64,000 bases of DNA. Source: Macrostomum hystrix. Lineage: Eukaryota; Animalia; Platyhelminthes. The notes under the pieces were generated by a model. That model had not been told where the DNA came from and searched no databases. It worked only from the letters and a program-made list of their open reading frames with translations. The position numbers and the translations under genes were made by a program. This document shows, piece after piece, positions 11,101-23,100 of the stretch (position 1 is the first letter of the stretch; each line of letters begins with the position of its first letter). Where the stretch lies: positions 23,684,001 through 23,748,000 of the forward strand of contig CATNEN010000038.1 in assembly GCA_950097015.1 (NCBI GenBank), in the 5' to 3' direction.

Positions 11101-14100
11101 ACAAGCAGAAATCTTTAACACTGCAAGCTATCGGCCTGGTGGCTCTAGTTGTTAAAGACGAATTTGTGCCCTATTTAAACAGCGTTATGCCAGTTGTGCG
11201 ACAAATGCTTCCTAATAGGGAGGCGCCACAGAAGTGAGTACTTTTATTAGAATCATTTGTTGCTTTTATTGCTTGGGCGAGTTTTTATTGGGAATGAAAT
11301 TTTGATTAAAATTGATACAATAGATTGACGGATATTTTCATTTTACTACACCATTCAAGATCCAAATAGATTTTTTTTCAAATAGATTAATTTGTCACAA
11401 TTTTTTAGCATATCGGCTCTGTCAGCTATTCAACTGAAAATCAAGTAGGCCTCGGTATTTTTTATTGTCGCTTTATAAAATTATCTACAGTTCAAATTTT
11501 CCACAATTAGGCTTACCGCTTGAAGTAATTGTTATTTTTTATTTTGTGTATTGTTGTGCACTGATAGAATGCGATTTCATATTGTCGTTTTGTCCTTTGT
11601 TATAAATTTTATATATATATATTATGTTATTATCAGAAATTTCATATCGAATCGTAGCATGAGCCGCAAGTAGAATCGTAGCAAGATGAGTAGCTAGAAT
11701 CGTAGCAAGATGAGTAGCTAGAATCGTAGCAAGATGAGTAGCTAGAATCGTAGCAAGATGAGTAGCTAGAATCGTAGCAAGATGAGTAGCTAGAATCGTA
11801 GCAAGATGAGTAGCTAGAATCGTAGCAAGATGAGTAGCTAGAATCGTAGCAGGAACCGCAGCTAGAATCGTAGCAAGATGAGTAGCTAGAATCGTAGCAG
11901 GAAAATTGGCAGGTATGTGAAGCAAATTTAGACTAGCGTTTGGTCCCAATCTAGTATCCAGCATGACATTGTAGAGTTCCCAGTATTTTTTGTAGCTAAA
12001 TATATTTACCTGGATAGTTTTACAATCGAGTATAGAATTCGGAACATATTTTTATCAATGTTGTAGTTGTTATTCCTAATATTGTCGTATTATTTTCCTT
12101 TTGTATATCGGCAGTTTTGCATTGATCTAGAGATGTGTTTGTCTTATGAAATCAAAGCGTATTACTCTGATTTTTATTTAACATAAATATGTCCTGCTCT
12201 TTGTTTAGGAGTCGGACATCATTAATTGAGTCGTCCGTGTTTCTGTGCATCAGTTTAATTGCCAAATCCGTTGGCACGCATTTGGAACGGGGAACAATGA
12301 AGGAACTTCTGGACTCTATGTTCGCCAGCGGTCTTAGGTAATTTTTTGTTAAAATTAGTTAAACCTTGTTAAAATTTGTAAAGGCTGTTAATGTCACGTG
12401 ATCAGATTGTAACGTGATCAATTTGTTAGTCACGTGATGAGAAGGTCTTGTCACGTGATCTTAGATGTAATCAAGGATTCATGGTCAGGTTTGATTCGAC
12501 TATTTTAGAACTTGAGTCACGTGATCCTAGGACTGTTTTAGAATTTAAGTCACGTGATTTTAATTCTAGATTAGAATTCAAGTCACGTAATCCTAAGACT
12601 ATTTTAGAACTTGAGTCACGTGATCCTAGGACTGTTTTGCTACTTGAGTCACGTGACCTAAGACTGTTTTTGAATTTATGTCACGTGATCCTAGGACTGT
12701 TTTGCTACTTGAGTCACGTGACCCTAAGACTGTTTTTGAATTTATGTCACGTGATCCTAGGACTGTTGTAGAATTCAAGTCACGTGATACTAAATCTACT
12801 GTAGAACTTGGGTAATGTGATCTGAAGACTTTAAAATTCAAATTTAAAATGATTTTCGCCGTTCATATTTTTAGTCCGGCCTTAACAGAGGCGCTTAAAC
12901 AGTTAGCCTTGCAAATTCCGGCGCTAAAAAAGGACATACAAGACGGCCTGTTAAAGATGCTATCCTTGGTGCTCATGAATAAACCGTTGAGACATCCGGC
13001 TGCCCGGACGGCTTCGACAATGATCTCTTCCGGGTCGCTAGGTTCCGGCAGCTCAGACCTGCCACCAGATGCAACCAATACGGTTCTGGCGCTGCGCACT
13101 TTGGCCAACTTCGATTTTGAAGGTTAGCTTTAGTTTTTTGTTTCTGATATTGTTTTGGAAATATTCGGATCTCTGTTCCTTGTGGGATCATTTGTGATCC
13201 CTTTTCTTATCGTGGATTATTGGTACCTCAGTTTTTATTGGGATCATTGTGATTCGTATGAATCAGGTTCGTCGTTAGAATCTCTGTTCTTTTTGGGATA
13301 TTTAAGGTTCCCTGTTCCCTGTTCTAATTGGGATTAATTGGGATCCCTGTTCTAATTTGGCATCATTGAGATCCCTGTTCTAATTTGGGATCATTGAGAT
13401 CCCTGTTCTAATTTGGCATCATTGAGATCCCTGTTCTAATTGGGATTAATTGGGATCCCTGTTCTAATTTGGGATCATTGAGATCCCTGTTCTAATTGGG
13501 ATTAATTGGGATCCCTGTTCTAATTTGGGATTAATTGGGATCCCTGTTCTAATTTGGGATCATTGAGATCCCTGTTCTAATTTGGCATCATTGAGATCCC
13601 TGTTCTAATTGGGATTAATTGGGATCCCTGTTCTAATTTGGGATCATTGAGATCCCTGTTCTAATTTGGGATCATTGAGATCCCTGTTCTAATTTGGGAT
13701 CATTGAGATCCCTGTTCTAATTTGGCATCATTGAGATCCCTGTTCTAATTGGGATTAATTGGATCCCTGTTCTAATTGGGATTAATTGGGATCCCTGTTC
13801 TAATTTGGGATCATTGAGATCCCTGTTCTAATTTGGGATCAATTGGGATCCCTGTTCTAATTTGGGATCATTGAGATCCCTGTTCTTTTTTGGGATCATT
13901 GAGATCCCTGTTCTAATTGGGATTAATTGGGATCCCTGTTCTAATTTGGGATCATTGAGATCCCTGTTCTAATTTGGGATCAATTGGGATCCCTGTTCTA
14001 ATTTGGGATCATTGAGATCCCTGTTCTTTTTTGGGATCATTGAGATCCCTGTTCTAATTTGGGATCATTGGGATCCCTGTTCTAATTTGGGATCATTGAG

Positions 14101-17100
14101 ATCCCTGTTCTAATTGGGATTAATTGGGATCCCTGTTCTAATTGGGATTAATTGGGATCCCTGTTCTAATTTAGGATCATTTAGATCCCTGTTCTAATTT
14201 GGCATCATTGAGATCCCTGTTCTAATTGGGATTAATTGGGATCCCTGTTCTAATTTGGGATCATTGAGATCCCTGTTCTAATTTGGGATCATTGAGATCC
14301 CTGTTCTAATTTGGGATCATTGAGATCCCTGTTCTAATTGGGATTAATTGGGATCCCTGTTCTAATTTCAGGGATCATTGACATCCCTGTTCTAATTGGG
14401 ATTAATTGGATCCCTGTTCTAATTGGGATTAATTGGATCCCTGTTCTAATTGGGATTAATTGGATCCCTGTTCTAATTGGGATTAATTGGGATCCCCGTT
14501 CTAATTTCAGGGATCATTGAGATCCCTGTTCTAATTGGGATTAATTGGATCCCTGTTCTAATTGAGATTAATTGGATCCCTGTTCTAATTGGGATTAATT
14601 GGGATCCCCGTTCTAATTGTGATCACATGCTATCGTTAGAGAAGAAAGCTAGACTGGCTCGTTGTATTATCTATCGCAAAGAGAAGTCGGCTGAAAACTA
14701 CAGCTAGGGAACTTAAAGAATTAGTAATGATTACAGAGAGAATGAGATGCCCTCTCAAGCAACGTTATGCCGAGCATCTGCTTTTAGGATCAAGCTAGTT
14801 TGCTCACACACACGGAGTAAACATAGAAAAAGGGATTACAAGACTTGTCCATTGCTGATCGTTCTTTGTAATTTATGTCTCGCATAAGCTCATAGCCCTA
14901 GCAGGTATATGATTTTCTGAGCACGAAATTTTACAACAACTTCATTCCTAACGGCGACTTGTGCATTTGTATTCTTAGTTCTTATATTGTCAAATTTGTA
15001 AGACAATATTGTCTTAAGATATGAGAGCCTGCAATCATAGGATATGAGAGCCTGCAATCAGAGGATATGAGAGCCTGCAATGTTAAGATATGAGAGCCTG
15101 CAATCAGAGGATATGAGAGCCTGCAATGTTAAGATATGAGAGTCTGCAATCAGAGGATATGAGAGTCTGCAATCAGAGGATATGAGAGCCTGCCATCAGA
15201 GGATATGAGAGCCTGCATTCAGAGGATATGAGAACCTGCAATCAGAGGATATGAGAACCTGCAATCTTAAGATATGAGAGCCTGCAATCAGAGGATATGA
15301 GAGCCTGCAATGTTAAGATATGAGAGCCTGCAATCAGAGGATATGAGAGCCTGCAATGTTAAGATATGAGAGTCTGCAATCAGAGGATATGAGAGTCTGC
15401 AATCAGAGGATATGAGAGCCTGCCATCAGAGGATATGAGAGCCTGCATTCAGAGGATATGAGAACCTGCAATCAGAGGATATGAGAACCTGCAATCTTAA
15501 GATATGAGAGCCTGCAATCAGAGGATATGGAAACCTGCAATCAGAGGATATAAGAGCCTGCAATATTAGGATATGGAAATCTTCAATATGAGGATCTGGG
15601 ATAATGTGATCTGAGATCTGGGGAATGCAGCGACTCATAACTCACAGCTCATTCGTTCAGATGTAAACCGAATCCTAGCACCATTTCTTTGTACTTTTAA
15701 TTTTTATCCATATTTAACCTAACTGTCTTAAAAATGTCACGCAGGTCACTCGCTCATCCAGTTCATCAAGCACATCAGCAATGACAATTTTCTAGCCAAC
15801 GAGAATAAAGAGATTCGATTGGAGGCCGTCAAGACCTGTTCGCAATTGTTGACGCCATTGGTGAAGGCTGTAAGTTATCTACTGTAGCCTTATATCAAAT
15901 ATCAAATACTCTATTTACGTTTCTTTTTAGAACTTTTAGAACTGAGGATCTGGAAAGCAGCAGATAGATCCCTAAAAGTCCACTTTCGTTTTGTCTCCTC
16001 TTACCTGGCACTCAAGATAATCCTCATGGCATTGTAAACAAGTATTCCTAATCACTAGATTTCATAGCGCATCTAACAGCTTACAGCTCGTAGATATCCA
16101 TTTTTTCTAATTCCAATCAGCATTTTAAAAACCTTTCTTTTTGTTTAATTACTACTCTTTCCGTCTAGATAATTAACTACCGTCAGTTTTTCTGTCGAGG
16201 CTATGACACAGGCTTTGTCGCAGGCTAATTTCACATAATCAGTCAGGGTCCCGGGAATGAGTTTTGGAACATTTTATGTTGTTCGTTTGTTGTAAAAATG
16301 TTCGCAAAAATCGATCTGCTGCTTTCCAGATCCTCAGAATGCTGTAATCTCATGCTGTAATGCTGTAATGTTGTAATCCTCAGATTCTATTCCATATTCC
16401 ATTCCATATCCTCAGATTGCAGCATTCCATATCCTCAGATTGCAGCATTACATATCCTCAGATTACAGCATTCCATATCCTCAAATTACAGCATTCCATA
16501 TCCTCAGATTACAGCATTCCATATCCTCAGATTACAGCATTCCATATCCTCAGATTGCAGCATTCCATATCCTCAGATTGCAGCATTCCATATCCTGAGA
16601 TTACAGCATTCCATATCCTCAGATTACAGAATTTCATATCTACAGATTACAGCTATCCAGATCCCCAGATTGCAGCTTCCCAGATCCCCAGATTGCAGCT
16701 TCCCAGATCCCCAGATTGCAGCTTCCCAGATCCCCAGGTTGCAGCTTCCCAGATCCCCAGATTGCAGCTTCCCAGATCCCCAGGTTGCAGCTTCCAAGAT
16801 CCCTAGATTTCAGCTTCCAAGATCCCTAGATTGCAGCTTCCAAGATCCCTAGATTGCAGCTTCCTAGATCCCCAGGTTGCAGCTTCCCAGATCCCTAAAT
16901 AGCAGCTTCCAAGATCCCTAGATTGCAGCTTCCTAGATCCCCAGGTTGCAGCTTTCCAGATCCCTAGATAGCAGCTTCCAAGATCCCTAGATAGCAGCTT
17001 CCCAGATCCCTAGATTGCAGATTCCCAGTTCCCTAGATATCATCTTCCCAGATCCCCAGATAGCAGCTTCCCAGATCCCTAGATATCAGCTTCCCAGATC

Positions 17101-20100
17101 CCCAGATAGCAGCTTCCCAGATCCACAGATAGCAGCTTCCTAGATCCCTAGATATCAGCTTCCCAGATCCACAGATAGCAGCTTCTCAGATCCCTAGATA
17201 TCAGCTTCCCAGATCCACAGATAACAGCTTCTCAGATCCCTAGATATCAGCTTCCCAGATCCCCAGATAGCAGCTTCCCAGATCCCTAGATATCAGCTTC
17301 CCAGATCCCCAGATAGCAGCTTCCCAGATACACAGATAGCAGCTTCCTAGATCCCTAGATATCAGCTTCCCAGATCCACAGATAGCGGCTTCTCAGATCC
17401 CTAGATATCAGCTTCCCAGATCCACAGATAGCAGCTTCTCAGATCCCTAGATATCAGCTTCCCAGATCCCCAGATAGCAGCTTCCCGGATCCCCAGATTG
17501 CAGCTTCTCAGATCTTCATCATCAAACTGCAGATACCCAGTTTCTTAGTGATCTGTTTGTTTTAGCTGTTTTTAGCTGCTCTGTTTTTAAAACAGGAAAA
17601 GAAAAAATCGGCAGCAGCAACAGCTGGTGTAGAAATCTGGGTGGGTGCGGTGGCGGCCCCCCTGTCGATGGACTCAACAGCTGTTCTCTCGTTGAGTCTA
17701 TTTTCATAAATTAAGCTTTCTATCCGCTTTCAATTATTTACAGTGCTCTTCTCCAGACGGCGCCTCTGAAAGCGGCGTTAATACAATCAGCAGCGTGCTA
17801 ACCAGACTACTGGAAGTAGGCATCACTGATTTTGAATCAGAGATTCGAAAAGCTGTCCTATTGTGTATGGACGATCGGTTCGATCTCTATTTGGGCCAGA
17901 TGGAGCATCTGCACACCCTGTTTGTTGCGCTGAACGATGAGAACTTCAAAATTCGAGTCTTGGCTCTGCGCACCATTGGTCGGCTTAGCGCCGTTAATCC
18001 GGCTTACAGTCAGCCTAATCTGCGCAGATTCTTACTCCAGTTATTGACCGACCTGGATCTGGCACTGCCTAACCGTCAGCGGGAACAATCGGCCGTGCTG
18101 CTGAGCCACCTACTCAACACTACTCCTAGGTAATTTCCTATTCCAAAGGTGTCCAAAAATCCCCAACCCAGCTGTCTGAAAATCTCCGTCCCAGTTCTCC
18201 AAAATCCCCATCCCAGCTGTCTAGAAAATCCCCATCCCCGGTGTCAAAAATCCCCATCCCCGGTGTCAAAAATCCCCATCACAGCTGTCTAAAAAATCCC
18301 CATCCCAGCTTTCTAAAAAATCCCATCCTCGGTGTCAAAAATCCCCATTCTAGCTGTCTAAAATCGCCATCCCAACTGTTTAAAAATCTCAATCCACAGT
18401 GTCTAAAAATCCCATCCCAGCTCTCAAAAGTCCCCATCCCAGCTGTCTACAAAGTCTCCATCACAGCTGTCTAAAAATCTCCATCCAAGCTGTCTAAAAA
18501 TCCATCCCCGTTGTCTGAGAAATTTTCAACTCAGGTGTCGAAAAACCCCAGCCTTGGCGTAGATAAGTCCGCAATTGAGTATTAAGTGTTAACAAGTCTC
18601 CATTTCATGTGTCTAAAAATGCCTAATCTCGATGTTCTAGTATCCTTTGTCCAGGGTATTAAATATGCCTTATCCTACTATGCGCTCCAAATCAATCACT
18701 TCAGATTCGTGCAGCCCTACGGCAAGTCGCTATTCGCTGCTCTTCTGCCTCGCCTAACCGGTCCCCAATTAGATAGCAGCAGTTCGCCATTGACCGTTGC
18801 CCTGCTGCAGTGCGTCGGCGAACTAGCCAGAATTTGTCCGGCGCCGCTGCGCGATCATCTAGACGCCATCTATCCGATGCTGCTTAGCCTACTGTCTGAT
18901 CAACAGTCGCCTGATAAACGCGAGAAAGCCATCTGGGCTCTAGGTCACGTGGTTAGCAGTTCCGGTTTCTTAGTTAGGCCTTACGAACGCTTTCCGGATC
19001 TTTTAAATACTCTGCTGACTATGATGCGAACTGAGCACTCTAAGGCCATTAGGCGACAGGTGAGTTGCTATATAGCATACTTACGCGTTCATTGTATGGT
19101 TTGAATGTAATCCAGTGGATAACATTTGTGAATTTGTGTATCTAGTCTATTCAATTGTGAATTACTTGTAAAGCTAGTCTATGTTTTCCTGTGAGTTCAT
19201 TGTGAAGTTAAATTGCATTGGATTGCTAGACTATCCTTGTGAGGTCATTGTAAAGTAAAAACCCAGTGGATTGCTAGACTATCATTGTGAGTTTATTTTG
19301 AAGTTAAAACCTAGTAAGTTGCTAGACTATCCTTGTGAGTTTATTTTGAAGTTAAAATCCAGTGGATTGCTAGACTATCCTTGTGAGGTCATTTTTAATT
19401 AGAAATCCAATGGATTGCTAGACTATCCTTGTGAGGTCATTGTGAAGTAAAAACCCAGTGGATTGCTAGATTATCATTGTGAGTTCATTTTGAAGGTAAA
19501 ACCAATGGATTGCTAGACTATTCTTGTGAGGTCATTTTGAATTAAAAATCCTATGGATTGCTAGACTATCCTGGTGAGGTCATTTTGAGTTAGAATTCTA
19601 ATGGATTGCTAGACTATCCTTGTGAGGTCGTTGTAGAAGTTAATATTTTCGAAAATGAGGTTTTTTACTACTTAATAAAAATGTAGTGTTATAAAGTAAT
19701 TCGCATTCCGCGACAATCAAAAGGTGCTTCGCGTTGTCGGCTGCATCGGCGCTCTGGATCCGTTCACATTGAAAATCTATTTAAACGAAGTGGACGCTGT
19801 TGGCGACACCCAGTACATCTTGTCGTTGCACGAAGTTGAAGAACGCTCCGAAGTTGACCTGACCCAGAATGAACTGCTAGTGTCTGTTAATTGGGCCAGT
19901 TTCAATGAATTCTACGCCGCCTGCGCGTTCTCCGTTCTGATGGGCCTGCTGAGAGATCCCGGCAATCAGAATTCTTCGCTGACTAATAACATTGTAGCGG
20001 CCATTATGTTTATGTTCTCCGCCCTGCAATCACAGGCTACTAAGTATCTGAATCAGGTGAGTTATTTGACAACACTAGCTGTGAATTGCTTCCAGTTCCC

Positions 20101-23100
20101 AAAGCTATGGATTATAGTTGATGGTTGGGTCGTCTCCCCAGTCCACGGACTAAACAGCCGTTAGCCGCGCAATTTAGCTGCATCTGGCGCAGTTGGGGCA
20201 GGTGTAACCAATAAGTTCTCAGGACCTCAGGGTTCCAGGATCTGACCCGAATTTGTTTCAGGACCCGAGGTTTCAATAACTTGCGTTTTTGGACCCGAGT
20301 TTTCAGGACCTGAGGTTTCAGGACCTGAGGTTTCAGGACCTGATGTTTCAGGGCCAGGGATTTCAGGTACTGAGGTTTCAGGGCCTGAGGTTTCAGGAAT
20401 TGAGGTTTCAGGACCTGAGGTTTCAGGACCTGAGGTTTCGGGACCTGAGGTTTCAGTACCTGTGGTTTCAGGACCTGAGGTTTCAGTACCTAAGGTTTCA
20501 GGGCCTGGGATTTCAGAATCAAAATTTTTAAGGCCTGACGCTTCCGCATCTGAAGTATCTGTTTTGAAAAGTTTTAATCTTTAAAAAGTTTTAAAGATTC
20601 AAATCTGTTGTTTTGCCTAGAAATCGGAAGAAGCAATAGAGATTAAAACTGGCACAAATGCACAGCCTTTGACACAGCCGCAGCTTTTAGCTACACAATG
20701 CTATCCAGTCTGTTGACTAAAAAGGCTGCAATACCAAACTGCCCAATGAGAACATTTGTTTCTAACGATTTCAAACCTCTAACATAAGACCTTCCATTCT
20801 AATAGCCCCTATTCTTAATATTGCTAATCTAATTTCTGTTCAAGAGAAACTCGATAGTGAAGAAATTGGCTGCTAGTGTAAGTTGATTGAACTATATCAA
20901 CACATCCTAGATTGGTTACTTAGGCTAAGCAACTCATTATAGGCTTTTAAATTAGTTTACCTATATAATTGTTATTAAAAGAGCTACAATATTTTTACAC
21001 GTACTTTAAAAGAAGAAATTACGAGCCTCGTACTTTGCACGCAATTTCTTTTTGTGCTTGGTGCTTACGGTGTAAATACTTCAATATATCTCTCGCTGAA
21101 AAAAACAACTAGTTTTTTCACTTGCTTACTATAGGTAGCAAAATACGCATTTTACCCACGTCTGTTTATGTGAATCAGGTGGTGCCACTCTACCTGGACG
21201 TTGTCGGACAGAAGTCTCTGTCATCAGACATCAGGCGCTATATGATTAGCCAGCTAGCCGAAATGGTTAATATTGTCAAGCTGCACATTAAACCGTTTAT
21301 GCCGCAAATTGTACGCCTAATGCACGATTTCTGGAGCGAAGAGGATAGCGAAATTCTTATCTCGCTAATTGAGCTGCTGGTTAGCTGCTTGTACGCCTGC
21401 GGCACCTGCTTTCGCGAATACCTGCCCGTGTTGTTGCCGGACATACTCAATGTGCTCAATAACGACTCGTGCGAGGATAAGCGATTGACCACGCAGGTAT
21501 GTGAAGAATAATAGTGTGATGTAAATAAAAGTACATGGTTTTAGAAAACATACTCATTCGTCATATTTCTTTAGAGTTAGCCTTACAGTTCCTCAGATTG
21601 AGTTTTTCCGCATATCCTTATAATTAACTTCAACGATATATTTATTATATTAGATCTCACAACCACGGGTCCTTATCCTCAGATCAGAACAATCTCAGAT
21701 TAATTCTACTGGTATCTTCCCCGATCCTCAAATAACTGCCTTCCCGATCCTCAAATAGCAGCTTCCAAGATCCTAAAATGACATCTTCTCAGATCCTGAA
21801 GTTGCATCTTCCCAGATCCCTTGTTTGTAGCTTCCCAGATCCTCAAGTTGTAGCTTCCCAGATCCTCAAGTTGTAGCTTCCCAGATCCTCAAGTTGCAGC
21901 TTCCCAGATCCTCAAGTTGCAGCTTCCCAGATCCTCAAGTTGCAGCTTCCCAGATCCTCAAGTTGCAGCTTCCCAGATCTTCAAGTTGCAGCTTCCCAGA
22001 TCCTCAAGTTGCAGCTTCCCAGATCCTCAAGTTGTAGCTTCCCAGATCCTCAAGTTGCAGCTTCCCAGATCTTCAAGTTGCAGCTTCCCAGATCCTCAAG
22101 TTGCAGCTTCCCAGATCTTCAAGTTGCAGCTTCCCAGATCCTCAAGTTGTAGCTTCCCAGATCCTCAAGTTCAAGCTTCCCAGATCCTCAAGTTGTAGCT
22201 TCCCAGATCCTCAAGTTGCAGCTTCCCAGATCCTCAAGTTGTAGCTTCCCAGATCCTCAAGTTGCAGCTTCCCAGATCCTCAAGTTGCAGCTTCCCAGAT
22301 CCTCAAGTTGTAGCTTCCCAGATCCTCAAGTTGCAGCTTCCCAGATCCTCAAGTTGCAGCTTCCCATATTCTCAAGTTGCAGCTTCCCAGATCCCTTGTT
22401 TGTAGCTTCCCATATTCTCAAGTTGCAGCTTCCCAGATCCTCAAGTTGTAGCTTCCCAGATCCTCAAGTTGCAGCTTCCCAGATCTTCAAGTTGCAGCTT
22501 CCCAGATCCTCAAGTTGTAGCTTCCCAGATCCTCAAGTTGCAGCTTCCCAGATCCTCAAGTTGCAGCTTCCCAGATCTTCAAGTTGCAGCTTCCCGATCT
22601 TCAAGTTGCAGCTTCCCAGATCCTCAAGTTGTAGCTTCCCAGATCCCTTGTTTGTAGCTTCCCAGATCCTCAAGTTGCAGCTTCCCAGATCCCTTGTTTG
22701 TAGCTTCCCAGATCCTCAAGTTGCAGCTTCTCAGATCCTCAAGTTGCAGCTTCCCAGATCTTCAAGTTGCAGCTTCCCAGATCCTCAAGTTGCAGCTTCT
22801 CAGATCCTCAAGTTGCAGCTTCCCAGATCCTCAAGTTGCAGCTTCCCAGATCTTCAAGTTGCAGCTTCCCAGATCCTCAAGTTGCAGCTTCTCAGATCCT
22901 CGGATGTAGCCTATTTACTAACTTGCAGGTTCTCGACGCTGTGCAACAGCTTGGCCCAAACGCAGAAGAATATCTTCACGTGTTGGTACCCGCCATTGTT
23001 AAGATAGTGGTCTCAGAACACACTCCAATGAGCATCAAGACCACCGCCGTTGAGACGCTGTCGATCTTGAATCACAACTTTGATCTTGGACCCTATGCTA

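Noticed and set aside
10159-11155. Long repetitive ORFs (SPVCY)n, (HQSAI)n, (LVNSR)n
   Set aside because: These are translations of a stop-free 15-bp intronic satellite bounded by canonical splice sites.
15998-16012. CTTACCTGG resembling the U1 snRNA 5' end (also 38392-38401)
   Set aside because: Only 9-10 nt match with no U1 body; it is equivalent to a reverse-strand donor-like motif.
21917-23007. ORFs with [23 protein letters not shown] repeats (also 16417-16852 and 24428-25183)
   Set aside because: Satellite translations within mTOR introns.
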